DNA of 64,000 nt from a virus (Duplodnaviria > Heunggongvirae > Uroviricota > Caudoviricetes): IMG/VR virus record IMGVR_UViG_3300038300_000093; one strand, 5' to 3'. This document shows, piece by piece, positions 9,620 to 19,544 of the stretch (the stretch's first letter is position 1; every line of letters starts with the position of its first letter). A program made the position numbers and the translations under genes. The notes beneath the pieces were generated by a model that saw nothing but the letters and a program-made list of their open reading frames with translations, did no database searches and had not been told where the DNA came from.

Positions 9620-9802
9620 TTATTTTAAAAGTTCTTTAATTAATACTTTTGAAAGACTAAAAGCCATTTCAATATCAGTCACGGATATTGAATCTAACAT
9701 ATCAACTTTGTCGTGACATTCGTTCAAATATTCCAAAGCTTGTCCCTTCTGACCATTGATCATTGCGTCTTCAATTAGTACAAATCTTTCTTCTGTATTC
9801 AT
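9620..9802 (-). CDS. hypothetical protein (60 aa)
   Basis: ORF-track ORF; module upstream. Confidence 0.5.
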   Translation of the reverse strand: MNTEERFVLIEDAMINGQKGQALEYLNECHDKVDMLDSISVTDIEMAFSLSKVLIKELLK

Positions 9803-9898
9803 AATGTTGTCCTTTTGTTTTTTTAGTAAGCTTGCTTAGTTGCTTCTTACTGATTTTACTATAAGGGCTCAAACTGTTTATTCAAGCCCTGTTTTCAA

Positions 9899-10126
9899 TT
9901 ATTTTAAAAGTTCTGTATGGCTTATACATACAGATTCATTGGAGTTGTCACTATCGCAGTATCCATTGTCTAAGCAATCATCAAGTTCTTCCTCAGACAA
10001 TTGTGCATCAACTACTTCTTTACAAATTCTTTTAAATTTGTCTTCTGCATTGTTGTCTTCTGCATTGTATGCCCAACTGTTGGCTACTACGCCATTTTGT
10101 ATAAATGTTACTATTGTTAATTCCAT
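9899..10126 (-). CDS. hypothetical acidic protein (75 aa)
   Basis: ORF-track ORF; module upstream. Confidence 0.5.
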   Translation of the reverse strand: MELTIVTFIQNGVVANSWAYNAEDNNAEDKFKRICKEVVDAQLSEEELDDCLDNGYCDSDNSNESVCISHTELLK

Positions 10127-10222
10127 TGCTTTGTCCTTTTGTTTTTTTAGTAAGCTTGCTTAGTTGCTTCTTACTGATTTTACTATAAGGGCTCAAACTG
10201 TTTATTCAAGCCCTATTTTGAA

Positions 10223-10423
10223 TTATTTTAAAAAAACTTCTTCTTCCGGCAATCCAGATTCTACCGCTTCATCTTGTATAGCATCTATTAAGTGTAAGAT
10301 GCCTGTTAAAGCTTCCTTATGATCTTTGCTTTTACTTACTTCAATAGATTCCATTAACAGAGCCTTTTGATTGCTTAGTAACTTGTAGTCTATTTCCAGT
10401 TCTATCATTGTTAATTTTGTCAT
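10223..10423 (-). CDS. hypothetical protein (66 aa)
   Basis: ORF-track ORF; module upstream. Confidence 0.5.
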   Translation of the reverse strand: MTKLTMIELEIDYKLLSNQKALLMESIEVSKSKDHKEALTGILHLIDAIQDEAVESGLPEEEVFLK

Positions 10424-10498
10424 CTTAATGTCCTTTTCTTTAAGTTGATATACTATAAGGGCTTAAATTGTTAATTCAAGCCCTATTTTGAATTATCC

Positions 10499-10948
10499 TT
10501 ATCCTTTCTCGCAATACTCTACAGCTTCTTTATAACTTTTAAATCCTTCTGTAGATCCTATTTCAGAGTGATAAGTTTGAAACTCTTTCCAAGATTCATT
10601 GAAGCGGATTGAATAACCGTTTACTTCATGCTTTCCCATTAATATCTCAAGCCATTCTGTTTCTTCTGAATAACAAACAAACTCTCTCTCAATAAATTCA
10701 ATAATTTCAGATTCAACTCTGTTTGAAGCTCCGTATGGCTTCCAAGACCAAAACTCTTTATTTGATTGCCCTTTGCAGGCTTTTCCGCCATTAAAAGATT
10801 TCTCAAGAGCTCTCTTGTACTTAACAAGTCTCTTGTGAAATTCAGGCTTAAGAAATATCTCTATTCTTCCTGAATCATTTTCAGAAGTGGATTCTCTTAC
10901 ATTCCAACTGGCAGTGATAAAATTATTCTCGTGTGTCATCTTTTTCAT
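10499..10948 (-). CDS. hypothetical protein (149 aa)
   Basis: ORF-track ORF; module upstream. Confidence 0.6.
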   Translation of the reverse strand: MKKMTHENNFITASWNVRESTSENDSGRIEIFLKPEFHKRLVKYKRALEKSFNGGKACKGQSNKEFWSWKPYGASNRVESEIIEFIEREFVCYSEETEWLEILMGKHEVNGYSIRFNESWKEFQTYHSEIGSTEGFKSYKEAVEYCEKG

Positions 10949-11018
10949 TTTGTTGTCCTTTTCTTTAAGTTAATATACTATAAGGGCTCAACTTGATTAG
11001 TCAAGCCCTATTTTAAAA

Positions 11019-11276
11019 TTAACAAGTACAATCGTTATTATTTATTGCGTCTTCGACTCTTCTTTGAAGGCTAGTAACATATCCTACTGTTACGATTCCA
11101 GTTTCATAGTTTTCGATACAATAGGACATACACAGATCACATTCAAGCTTTCGCTTATCTTCTGTCATGTCACTTGCCAAGCCAGTAACTATGAATCTTT
11201 TTGCCGTTGGGCTCCAAATAGATTTGCCCTTTGGAAAATTGGCTTTCAATAAATTTATGTACTGTAGTCTATTCAT
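11019..11276 (-). CDS. hypothetical protein (85 aa)
   Basis: ORF-track ORF; module upstream. Confidence 0.55.
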   Translation of the reverse strand: MNRLQYINLLKANFPKGKSIWSPTAKRFIVTGLASDMTEDKRKLECDLCMSYCIENYETGIVTVGYVTSLQRRVEDAINNNDCTC

Positions 11277-11348
11277 TTCTATGTCCTTTTCTTTAAGTTG
11301 TTATACTATAAGGGCTCAAGCTCATTGTTCAAGCCCTGTTTTAAAAGT

Positions 11349-11684
11349 TTATGCTTTTATTGTATAAGATTCTCCGTCAGCAGTTTTAATAGAAGCAATT
11401 TCTTCTTGAGAAATTTCAAAGTCAACCATTTTCAAGACTTCTCTAAGTCCTCTTGTGCCTTCTCCGCAATATCCCCATGAAAGAGCGTTAAAGCGCACGA
11501 TACAGTTGTCAAAGTGCATATAAACACGATTCCACAACTTGTCATTATACATGGCCTGCTTGTGCCTTCTTGGAGCTCTTAGTATAACTTTCTCAAGCTT
11601 ACCAAACTTAGAGAGATTCTTCTTTGCACACTTAATACTCTTGCTTGTGCTGTGATCTGCGAATCTAATATATTTCTTTGTCAT
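11349..11684 (-). CDS. hypothetical protein (111 aa)
   Basis: ORF-track ORF; module upstream. Confidence 0.55.
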   Translation of the reverse strand: MTKKYIRFADHSTSKSIKCAKKNLSKFGKLEKVILRAPRRHKQAMYNDKLWNRVYMHFDNCIVRFNALSWGYCGEGTRGLREVLKMVDFEISQEEIASIKTADGESYTIKA

Positions 11685-11754
11685 TGTATTGTCCTTTTCT
11701 TTAAGTTGATATCAATATAGGGGCATTTAGGGCTTTTGCAAGCCCTGTTTTGAA

Positions 11755-11928
11755 TTAATCACATACAATATTTATGTGTACTTCTAACAACTTGCCGTCA
11801 TCGTCCATGATGGAATCATCTACCATTGAGATTTCCCTTAAGTCCCCATCATCCCATAAAGAGATTGGAACTGATTTATCTTCTACTAGGGAGAGCTCGT
11901 CTATAAGATCTTGAACTGTGTTAATCAT
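11755..11928 (-). CDS. small acidic protein (57 aa), not in the ORF track
   Basis: Hand-translated: MINTVQDLIDELSLVEDKSVPISLWDDGDLREISMVDDSIMDDDGKLLEVHINIVCD. Sits between two modules with AAAAGGACAAAGAAA before the ATG. Confidence 0.45.
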   Translation of the reverse strand: MINTVQDLIDELSLVEDKSVPISLWDDGDLREISMVDDSIMDDDGKLLEVHINIVCD

Positions 11929-11998
11929 TTTCTTTGTCCTTTTGTTAAGTTGATATACTATAAGGGCTCAAACTGTTAATTCAAGCCCTACTTTAAAA

Positions 11999-12352
11999 TT
12001 AACTCATAATCTTGTTTCTTTGTTTTTCCTTCATGATCCTGCTTTCTTCTGAGTACTTAATCCAGTCCTTGATGTTATTTTCTAGCCTGTCCATCTCAAT
12101 TCTATCCCGTCCATCTTGCCACTCTTCATCATTCATAGGATAATCGTCATTCTCGATTACATCATAGATTATAAAATCTTGATTCATGTAAATCTCTAGC
12201 CTTGTGTAATCCTCATCCTTTCGATCATACATATTAATGCAAACAGAATCATAATCAAACACTAAGCTTATACTATAACGCTCTGTAAGCTTATCACAGT
12301 CAACTACAATCTCTTTCATTCTTTCCATCATTTGAAACATTAGTACGCTCAT
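11999..12352 (-). CDS. hypothetical protein (117 aa)
   Basis: ORF-track ORF; module upstream. Confidence 0.6.
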   Translation of the reverse strand: MSVLMFQMMERMKEIVVDCDKLTERYSISLVFDYDSVCINMYDRKDEDYTRLEIYMNQDFIIYDVIENDDYPMNDEEWQDGRDRIEMDRLENNIKDWIKYSEESRIMKEKQRNKIMS

Positions 12353-12450
12353 CTTATTTGTCCTTTTCTTTATTTGTAAGCCTGCTTAGTGCTTCTTACT
12401 AAAATTAATATAGTGGTACTTAGGACTTTTGCAAGCCCTATTTTAAAAGT
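12353..12450 (-). promoter_or_regulatory. family-A intergenic module
   Basis: GTAAGCCTGCTTAGTGCTTCTTACTAAAATTAATATAGTGGTACTTAGGACTTTTGCAAGCCC. Confidence 0.45.
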
Positions 12451-12663
12451 TTATGCTTTTGCCCTACTATTTAAAAAGTTTATTCTTTTGATCCGTTTAA
12501 AGTCATCCATCACATTGGTTTGGTCACTTAGTGTATAGACATCAGTCCACGTACTACAGCAATCTAAACACTCTACGTCTTGACTAACTCTATTGTCCAT
12601 AGTCTCAAAAGAACCGCCTTCCAACATCTCAGAATTGCATATTTTACATTTGTTATTATTCAT
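12451..12663 (-). CDS. small zinc-ribbon-like protein (70 aa)
   Basis: Contains CKIC...CLDCC; module upstream. Confidence 0.55.
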   Translation of the reverse strand: MNNNKCKICNSEMLEGGSFETMDNRVSQDVECLDCCSTWTDVYTLSDQTNVMDDFKRIKRINFLNSRAKA

Positions 12664-12742
12664 CTTATGTCCTTTGTTTTGTTGTCTTTCTTACTAAGAT
12701 TACTATAAGGGCTCAACCGTTAAAGTCAAGCCCTGTTTTAAA

Positions 12743-12937
12743 TTAAAGTTCTCCTTGTTTGTTCTTCCAGTAAGCCAAGCTTTGAGTATGCTCTGCAATC
12801 GCATTTGACTTCTCTTTAACATAAGCTAGATCAATGCGTTTCTTGCTCATTTCAATTTTGAGTCCTTTTGTAGCTTCTGCGAGACAGCTTGTGGAAATTT
12901 CAATTCCAGATTTGATAAGTGTTGGATTTTTATACAT
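12743..12937 (-). CDS. hypothetical protein (64 aa)
   Basis: ORF-track ORF; module upstream. Confidence 0.5.
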   Translation of the reverse strand: MYKNPTLIKSGIEISTSCLAEATKGLKIEMSKKRIDLAYVKEKSNAIAEHTQSLAYWKNKQGEL

Positions 12938-13034
12938 TGTCTTTGTCCTTTTCTTTTTTGTAAGCCTGCTTAGTGCTTCTTACTGATATCAATATAGTGG
13001 TACTTAGGACTTTTACAAGCCCTATTTAAAAAGT

Positions 13035-13241
13035 TTATACTTTTATTCTTTCATTGTAATTAATAATTTCCGCATCTCTTATAATTTCAAGTTCAGAATA
13101 TTCTTTGCTGAATAAACTATTAAAACTATATTTATCGTTCATAAGCATGATTGTGGAAATAATACTTTGCTTTAAATAATCTGTCATTGTCTTGTCCTTT
13201 TCTTTTTTGTAAGCCTGCTTAGTGCTTCTTACTGATATCAA
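13035..13241 (-). CDS. hypothetical protein (68 aa)
   Basis: ORF-track ORF; module upstream. Confidence 0.5.
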   Translation of the reverse strand: MISVRSTKQAYKKEKDKTMTDYLKQSIISTIMLMNDKYSFNSLFSKEYSELEIIRDAEIINYNERIKV

Positions 13242-13280
13242 TATAGGGCTTGTTTTTATTATTGCAAGCCCTATTTCAAA

Positions 13281-14225
13281 TTATTTATCAATTGTTATTA
13301 TTACTGTCGCGACATTAGTCCCAGACTCTTTAAAAGCTCCTGCTTCCACTTCTTCTACTTCTCCGCCAACTTCTTCAAGCCAGTCTCTAAACTCCTTCTG
13401 TAGCTTCTGCTGTCCTGTCTGCCAAGACTTACTGGCAATACTTACCAAACGTCCCGAAACATTTAAAAATTCATACATGTGTTTAATGTGCTTTATATCT
13501 TGATTCTTTGTGAATGGAGGATTTGCTAAAATTCTATCATATACAGGCTGTGAAGGAATTTCTAAGAAATCACCACTAGTAACTTGATAGCCTTTGTCCT
13601 GTAGTATCTTTACATTATCCTCAAACAGTTCAAAGCATTGTACATTTTCTTTCTTAAGTCCTTCTACTAAGTCGCCATGTCCTGCTGAAGGCTCTAAAAT
13701 ATAATGATGATCCTCAACGCAAGCTTTTTCTTGTACTGCTTTTACTTGTGGCTTACATGTTGCAAAGAATTGAAATTTCTTTTTATCATTTACACTTTCG
13801 CCAGATAAAAGACGATCTAAAAGATCTTCAAGCTTGTCAGATTCAAAACCATTCTTCTTATAAGAAAAGCCCGCTGTCAGTAAAGTTTTCTTTACTGCTG
13901 TGTAATTTGTGAATTGTTCACTTTGTGGCAATTCTAATCTATTGCCGCTTACTGTCATTTTAGATATGTTGATTAAAACAACATCATCACCAGAGTATCT
14001 TGGTTTTTTAGCTCCATAGTTCCTAACAGCATAATCGTTATGTCTTTCAACTATTACTTTTAATTCTTCTTTATTTTCTCTAAAGTGTTTACAGTCTTCA
14101 GGCATGTCAGATTTTAAGAAGTCTTGTGCTTCAATAATGTTAATTGTTCTATTGTGAAAAACTCTGTCATTCTCTAACATTAATTCAAGATTGACCTGTT
14201 TGTTTGTTAATTCTTCGTAGCTCAT
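13281..14225 (-). CDS. N6-adenine (amino-) DNA methyltransferase, with no restriction partner in the window
   Basis: SAM-binding motif I ILEPSAGHGDL and catalytic motif IV ILANPPFTKNQD (NPPF). No adjacent restriction endonuclease gene. Confidence 0.7.
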   Translation of the reverse strand: MSYEELTNKQVNLELMLENDRVFHNRTINIIEAQDFLKSDMPEDCKHFRENKEELKVIVERHNDYAVRNYGAKKPRYSGDDVVLINISKMTVSGNRLELPQSEQFTNYTAVKKTLLTAGFSYKKNGFESDKLEDLLDRLLSGESVNDKKKFQFFATCKPQVKAVQEKACVEDHHYILEPSAGHGDLVEGLKKENVQCFELFEDNVKILQDKGYQVTSGDFLEIPSQPVYDRILANPPFTKNQDIKHIKHMYEFLNVSGRLVSIASKSWQTGQQKLQKEFRDWLEEVGGEVEEVEAGAFKESGTNVATVIITIDK

Positions 14226-14294
14226 TTTATTGTGTCCTTTTTAAGTTATTTATACTATAAGGGCTCAACCGTTAAAGTCAAGCCCTGTTTTAAA

Positions 14295-14480
14295 TTAACC
14301 GAATTCTAATCTATCCTGCTGTAACTGAAATGGAACTCCGCTCTCAGTATCGTAAGGACATCCCCAATCTCTACAAGACTCTACTTCTTCTTGAGTCTTT
14401 GCATCGTCTTGATTATCTTCTCTATAAGAAGCAAAATCCTCTGACTCGTACTCTGATCCATCTAATGCTATCTTTATCAT
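14295..14480 (-). CDS. hypothetical acidic protein (61 aa)
   Basis: ORF-track ORF; module upstream. Confidence 0.5.
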   Translation of the reverse strand: MIKIALDGSEYESEDFASYREDNQDDAKTQEEVESCRDWGCPYDTESGVPFQLQQDRLEFG

Positions 14481-14538
14481 TTTGTGTCCTTTTGTTTTAT
14501 TGTCTTTCTTACTAAGCTTACTATAGATGCCGTTTATA

Positions 14539-14820
14539 CTATTGCAAGCCCTGTTTTGAAATTTCCTGTAACAATCTCATTTGTTCATCTCGAAAGATGT
14601 TTGTGACGTTATTTCTAATTTCAAGAAAAGCTGCACACATGGCCGAATCAACTGTAGCTCTCTCTGATTCACAAATGTCTAAATCACTCATGATTGCATT
14701 TTCAGCATCTGTAAGAGCTTTTCTTACAGCATCACATGTTTCCGGTAAACGATTAAAAGCTTCACGTTGAACGTTGCTTGAAAACGTTTTTTGAATAACA
14801 GTTAAATTGTCGTAGCTCAT
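14539..14820 (-). CDS. hypothetical protein (93 aa)
   Basis: ORF-track ORF; module upstream. Confidence 0.55.
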   Translation of the reverse strand: MSYDNLTVIQKTFSSNVQREAFNRLPETCDAVRKALTDAENAIMSDLDICESERATVDSAMCAAFLEIRNNVTNIFRDEQMRLLQEISKQGLQ

Positions 14821-14902
14821 ATCTTATCCTTGATTGTTTGATTAACTTTCTTACTTGATTCAATATAGCTGTACTTAGGGCTTTTGCAAGCCCTGTTTTG
14901 AA

Positions 14903-15175
14903 TTATCTACCAACTTCAAAGTAATTACATTCATCTGTTAATTTAACTTCTGTAATTTCTGAAATAAATACTCCGAATGATGTGTTGTCATCATTGTCGA
15001 ATATTACTTGATCTTCATTAATGCTAATTACGAAATGACCGCTTAGCTGTCCTTTAAACATCACTGTGTTGATAGTCACAGTACAGTAAGTCATACTCTT
15101 AAGACTTTCGATCTGTTCTTTAATTTTATCATGTCTTTCTTTTAATTTTTGAAAGAATGCTGACTTGAGTTTCAT
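14903..15175 (-). CDS. hypothetical protein (90 aa)
   Basis: ORF-track ORF; module upstream. Confidence 0.55.
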   Translation of the reverse strand: MKLKSAFFQKLKERHDKIKEQIESLKSMTYCTVTINTVMFKGQLSGHFVISINEDQVIFDNDDNTSFGVFISEITEVKLTDECNYFEVGR

Positions 15176-15273
15176 GATATTGTCCTTTCTAAGTTTTTGT
15201 AAGCTTGCTTGATTGCTTCTTACTATTCTTTAATATAGTTGTTAGTAGGACTCTTTCAAGCCCTACTTTGAAA

Positions 15274-16086
15274 TTAAATGTTATTTAATAAACTCTTATA
15301 AGAATCTAAGAATTTTGGTCTTTCGATAATATTAGAGTATCTTGCAGTTTTCTCACTTAGTAAGTGAATGTTAAGCTTTCCTTCTTTGTATGATTCATGG
15401 CTTTCTAAATCTGAAATATCGCCATTGTGAATTACAACTTTATCTGTTTCAACATTGTTCTTTAACATCTCTTTATGTAGCTTCTTTGGAACTACTACAG
15501 AAACTGGCATTCCAACATACTTACAAAGATCTAAAAAATCTTTCTTACTATTCTCATTCCAACTATAGATAGCTTTTTGAGGAACGTTTCTTGTTTCGCT
15601 ATCTTGAAGAATCTTAGCAGGATTTTTAAAGTAGCCGTATGTCGTTACGTTACTTAGAGAAAGAAACTTTCTAAAATCAATACACTCAGAAGAAATTTCG
15701 CGAAACATAACTTCCATTTCACCATATACAGACATTATTTCAATTTCTGAATTTGCTCTTCTGTAAAAGTAATCTTGCTTATTGTTGAAAAGCCATAATC
15801 TTTTTAACATTGCTTTGTCAACATTTGAAAGATTGCAATTAGTTGAGCCTTTCATCATTTGACTTACTCCAGTAAATCCGATACAAAGCTTAGAACAACT
15901 TGCAGAGTGACTACAGCTTCCCTTGAAGGCTGGAAATAGGGAAATACCAGCTACTACATATTCTTTGCCTTGTGCAGTACTTTCGAGCTTCTTATTCTTT
16001 GTTACAATCGCACCAACTTTTGAAGCTGTATTGAAATCAAGAGTATTGTAGAAACTTCTTGCGGTTTTGAGTCTTTCTTTAATCAT
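15274..16086 (-). CDS. hypothetical protein (270 aa) with a Cys cluster CSHSASCSKLC
   Basis: ORF-track ORF; module upstream; no recognisable catalytic motifs. Confidence 0.6.
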   Translation of the reverse strand: MIKERLKTARSFYNTLDFNTASKVGAIVTKNKKLESTAQGKEYVVAGISLFPAFKGSCSHSASCSKLCIGFTGVSQMMKGSTNCNLSNVDKAMLKRLWLFNNKQDYFYRRANSEIEIMSVYGEMEVMFREISSECIDFRKFLSLSNVTTYGYFKNPAKILQDSETRNVPQKAIYSWNENSKKDFLDLCKYVGMPVSVVVPKKLHKEMLKNNVETDKVVIHNGDISDLESHESYKEGKLNIHLLSEKTARYSNIIERPKFLDSYKSLLNNI

Positions 16087-16176
16087 TGTCTTTGTCCTTT
16101 TCTAGTTTAGTTGTCTTTCTTACTAAGCTTACTATAAGGGCTCAAACTCATTATTCAAGCCCTATTTAAAATATTC

Positions 16177-16338
16177 TTACAATTTGTCTATCATATAATC
16201 TTTAATCAATGTCAAATTTTCAATTTCTTCTTTTAGTGACTTGTGGAGTTTGGAATTTCCCTTGCCTAAACCTTGAAGCTTTACTTTCAAATCATCTCTC
16301 TTCTTGATAGTCGCTTTTATCTCTTTCATCTTATTCAT
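16177..16338 (-). CDS. small Lys-rich coiled-coil-like protein (53 aa), not in the ORF track
   Basis: Hand-translated: MNKMKEIKATIKKRDDLKVKLQGLGKGNSKLHKSLKEEIENLTLIKDYMIDKL. AAAGGAAACAAA before the ATG; sits between two modules. Confidence 0.4.
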   Translation of the reverse strand: MNKMKEIKATIKKRDDLKVKLQGLGKGNSKLHKSLKEEIENLTLIKDYMIDKL

Positions 16339-16425
16339 TTTGTTTCCTTTGTTTTATTTAACTTACTAAGCTTACTATAGTTGCTGCTTTAACTATTGCA
16401 AGCCCTATTTTAAAATAAAGCAAAA

Positions 16426-16468
16426 AAAAAGACTTAACAGAAGGACGGTCTGCTAAGTCTTCACACAC
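16426..16468 (-). terminator. intrinsic terminator after ORF 16495-16839
   Basis: Plus strand A9-GACTTAACAG..CTGCTAAGTCTT; on the minus strand the hairpin is followed by a T9 run. Confidence 0.6.
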
Positions 16469-16494
16469 TAAAACACTATTAAGAATCTATTATA

Positions 16495-16839
16495 CTAAGA
16501 TACTTTACTTATTTTAACTTTTCTTAAATCTTTATGCCCTAATTTCTTTGCAAGGGCTTTCCAATGCTTACTAGAATAGCATTCATCACATTTCTTTTCA
16601 AACTTTATCTTTAACAATATAACAATTTCAATTAATTGATCTTTAATCTCTTCTGTAGAACATTCTAACAGATTGCTACCGATTGTTACAGTAGCCTTAT
16701 CAGCTTTACAGCCTACAGGATAACCGACTCCATATAAGTCTTTTGTATCTTCTTTAAACTCAATAGCTGTATTGTTAAACTTTTGACTATCTAAATACTT
16801 TCTTGCAAAATCTAAAATTTGTTCTTTCTTTTTAGCCAT
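16495..16839 (-). CDS. hypothetical protein (114 aa)
   Basis: ORF-track ORF; followed by an intrinsic terminator at 16426-16468. Confidence 0.55.
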   Translation of the reverse strand: MAKKKEQILDFARKYLDSQKFNNTAIEFKEDTKDLYGVGYPVGCKADKATVTIGSNLLECSTEEIKDQLIEIVILLKIKFEKKCDECYSSKHWKALAKKLGHKDLRKVKISKVS

Positions 16840-16856
16840 CCGTTATTTCTCCATAT

Positions 16857-17054
16857 TTAAAAGTGTGGAGTGCAGAAAATGCCATCCGTTATTTCCCCAT
16901 ATTCAAAACTTCCAATGACTTCTAATTCGCCATTTTCAATCTTTCCATAATCACCAGTAACTTCATCAGTGAGAGTTTCAAGAAAATCCATCATTCCTTT
17001 CTCACTTTCAAAGTAAGAGGGCTCTTCTGTTGCTATGTCTACATAATATTTCAT
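16857..17054 (-). CDS. hypothetical acidic protein (65 aa)
   Basis: ORF-track ORF. Confidence 0.5.
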   Translation of the reverse strand: MKYYVDIATEEPSYFESEKGMMDFLETLTDEVTGDYGKIENGELEVIGSFEYGEITDGIFCTPHF

Positions 17055-17153
17055 TTTTCTGTTTGTCCTTTTCTTTAAGTTATTTATACTATATCAGCTT
17101 AATTAATAATTACAAGCCCTACTTTACACTATATATTGGATTCTTGGGCATTC

Positions 17154-17381
17154 TTATTTTCCCCAAAGTGCCGATCTTAAATTATTAATATTTTCATGAA
17201 CTTCTTGATTTGACTTAGCGTGAAGCCTTGGATCTAAAGTGCCTGTTATCATTTCAGCTCCATCTGGCATCTTTAAAGTATATCTATCTCCGCCATAACT
17301 TCCGCCATCCTTTTCAACTTCTGTAACTTTAGCTCTTTGTCCCATATACCAAATTGTTTGATTCTTCTCAATCGTTTTCAT
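17154..17381 (-). CDS. hypothetical protein (75 aa)
   Basis: ORF-track ORF; module upstream. Confidence 0.5.
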   Translation of the reverse strand: MKTIEKNQTIWYMGQRAKVTEVEKDGGSYGGDRYTLKMPDGAEMITGTLDPRLHAKSNQEVHENINNLRSALWGK

Positions 17382-17393
17382 CTTATGTCCTTT

Positions 17394-17729
17394 TTATACC
17401 ATTTCTATCCATATTGCAGGATACTTAAAACTTTGCATTAATGAGTTATCCCACTTGCAACTTCTCTCCTTTACAAAAGGCTTTTGGTTTAGAGAAACTT
17501 CATACTCGCTTTCAGTTAGAAACTTCATTATGAAACTTCTTGCTTCATCATCATTCTTAAAAGTTAATTCAAAAAGCTTTTCTTTCTCGTTAAAACATTC
17601 TTCTTTCGTAATGCCATCTAAAGACTTTTTAATTTCTCTAAAGATTAGATTGCGAGCTGTACTAGTATCGAATCTTGAAAACCCTACTAATACTTTGTTT
17701 TCTCCATTGTTAATTTCAATAACTTCCAT
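17394..17729 (-). CDS. hypothetical protein (111 aa)
   Basis: ORF-track ORF; module upstream. Confidence 0.55.
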   Translation of the reverse strand: MEVIEINNGENKVLVGFSRFDTSTARNLIFREIKKSLDGITKEECFNEKEKLFELTFKNDDEARSFIMKFLTESEYEVSLNQKPFVKERSCKWDNSLMQSFKYPAIWIEMV

Positions 17730-17833
17730 GAGGTTGTCCTTTTCTTTAAGTTATTTATACTATATCAGCTTAATTAATAATTGCAAGCCCTACTTTGAAG
17801 ATAAGGCAAAATCAACTTTCGTGCCTTATCTTT

Positions 17834-18187
17834 TCATCTTGCATTAATATCGTTTTCTTTATATATTAAATTTATCTCTTGATAAATTGATCCTAACTTC
17901 AACTCAGCTTCCATCTTTTGATACTTCTCTCTCAGCTGATTAAATAAAGTCTCAGAGATTTCTTTAAATCCAAAACTCTCAATAATGTGGAACTTTCCAT
18001 CAATGAATATTAAATCGCCAGAACTAACAGAAGGATAATCTCTAGGCTGAAATTCATTCTGGCCATATCTATAGATTAAATCTAACTTATCTTCTAATGT
18101 TGTATCTTCGTTTAATTCTTCCTCTGGAACTTCTACTGTCCTAAATGAATTTCCTTTGTACTTGCTTACTACATTTGCTCTCATCAT
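17834..18187 (-). CDS. hypothetical protein (117 aa)
   Basis: ORF-track ORF; module upstream. Confidence 0.55.
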   Translation of the reverse strand: MMRANVVSKYKGNSFRTVEVPEEELNEDTTLEDKLDLIYRYGQNEFQPRDYPSVSSGDLIFIDGKFHIIESFGFKEISETLFNQLREKYQKMEAELKLGSIYQEINLIYKENDINAR

Positions 18188-18229
18188 TTCGTTGTCCTTT
18201 ATTCTTTTAAGATATTTAACTATAAGGGC

Positions 18230-18589
18230 TCAAACGAATAGTTCAAGCCCTACTTTTAAATAAGCTGTAAGTTTCATTTCTTCTCTAGCGTTATTTATCC
18301 ACTTGAGACAAGTTTCTTTGAAGTTGTCCAGATCAATGCTTACATCTAGATCATCTCCCTCTGTCATTACTTCTTGGAGAGTCTCAAAATCATAGTAAGT
18401 TTCGTAGTAAAAGCCGTTCTTGTCTAAACCATCGTGTACTTGTATTAAAACGCACATTATATCTGGAGTTTCGTTCTTTAAATCCCAGTTGTCATCCTTT
18501 GCAAAACTCAAGTGTATTCCGATTTGTTCAGATCCATTGAGATTTTCAATGTCTTTGCCGATTGCAATTAATTTTTCGATCTTATTCAT
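18230..18589 (-). CDS. hypothetical acidic protein (119 aa)
   Basis: ORF-track ORF; module upstream. Confidence 0.55.
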   Translation of the reverse strand: MNKIEKLIAIGKDIENLNGSEQIGIHLSFAKDDNWDLKNETPDIMCVLIQVHDGLDKNGFYYETYYDFETLQEVMTEGDDLDVSIDLDNFKETCLKWINNAREEMKLTAYLKVGLELFV

Positions 18590-18675
18590 TTTGTGTCCTT
18601 TTGTTTAGTTGTCTTTCTTAATAAGATCAATATAGATGTACTTAGGACTATTACAAGCCCTGTTTTGAAAGTTTC

Positions 18676-19182
18676 TTATCTCTTATCTCTTGCTATATGG
18701 AAAGATTTTCTCATTCTTAGGGCCATGTCGTCCACTTTAAAATATCCCTCAGAGATTTTCTTCTTAGCCATTTCTGTAATTGGAAGAATGCTATTACTTG
18801 GCTCTCCTATGTTGATAACTCCCTCTACTTCGCAGCATGAAAGGCCGTCAAGCATGTGCTTCAATGCGTCATCAATTGTATGTGGCTCATTCTTGAAGAA
18901 ACGAAATCCAAGCCCGATTGAAGAAGTAAAGATTTTAGTCAATTGTCTTTTATCACAATGATCATATACAAGCTCAAACAATATGGAAAAAACTGCTTCG
19001 TGGTCAACTGATTCTGAATCTAAACCACAACGCTTTCCAATTATAGTTTGTAAGTCTTTCATAACATCATCACTCTCATACCGTCCGGCTCTTGTCCGGC
19101 TCTTGCTTTGCTTTGTCCTCTCATACCAATGTTTGGCATAAAGAAAAATATGATTGTAATCTAATATTTTCATTTTAAGCAT
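18676..19182 (-). CDS. hypothetical protein (168 aa) carrying a short GC-rich CCGGCTCTTG repeat insert
   Basis: ORF-track ORF. Internal repeat at about 19085-19125 encodes ..SKSRTRAGRY.. Confidence 0.55.
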   Translation of the reverse strand: MLKMKILDYNHIFLYAKHWYERTKQSKSRTRAGRYESDDVMKDLQTIIGKRCGLDSESVDHEAVFSILFELVYDHCDKRQLTKIFTSSIGLGFRFFKNEPHTIDDALKHMLDGLSCCEVEGVINIGEPSNSILPITEMAKKKISEGYFKVDDMALRMRKSFHIARDKR

Positions 19183-19191
19183 TCCTTACTT

Positions 19192-19470
19192 TTAACGTTG
19201 AATTGATTCTGTAATTTGCTCAAACTCTATGTCCATAATTTTCTTTCTTAAAAACATTTGAAATTCAAGGATAGTTTGGAATTGTCTACAGCCATCATCA
19301 TTCGTTACAACTACCCAACTGCATTCCTCTGGAGGAAGATCAAGTCCTTTCCATGTTAGATTTGAATATGCCAGTAATTTTATTTCATTTTCAGAAACTT
19401 TTCTTCCATCATAATCTACTATTAAAGTTGAAGATGCGTCATCTATTATTGCCGAGCCGTATATTTTCAT
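19192..19470 (-). CDS. hypothetical protein (92 aa)
   Basis: ORF-track ORF. Its C-terminal MDIEFEQITESIQ segment is shared with the N-terminal region of ORF 19866-20435. Confidence 0.5.
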   Translation of the reverse strand: MKIYGSAIIDDASSTLIVDYDGRKVSENEIKLLAYSNLTWKGLDLPPEECSWVVVTNDDGCRQFQTILEFQMFLRKKIMDIEFEQITESIQR

Positions 19471-19544
19471 TGTCTTGTCCTTTTATTTAAGATATTTCAA
19501 TATAAGGCTTGAACGATTATATTCAAGCCCTGTTTTGAATTATA

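Noticed and set aside
10639-10827. Nested same-strand ORFs (10639-10827, 20532-20717, 47359-47556, 49760-49945, 51853-52038, 62155-62394, 21205-21390)
   Set aside because: Alternative frames inside longer ORFs that carry the recognised start signals; no independent support.
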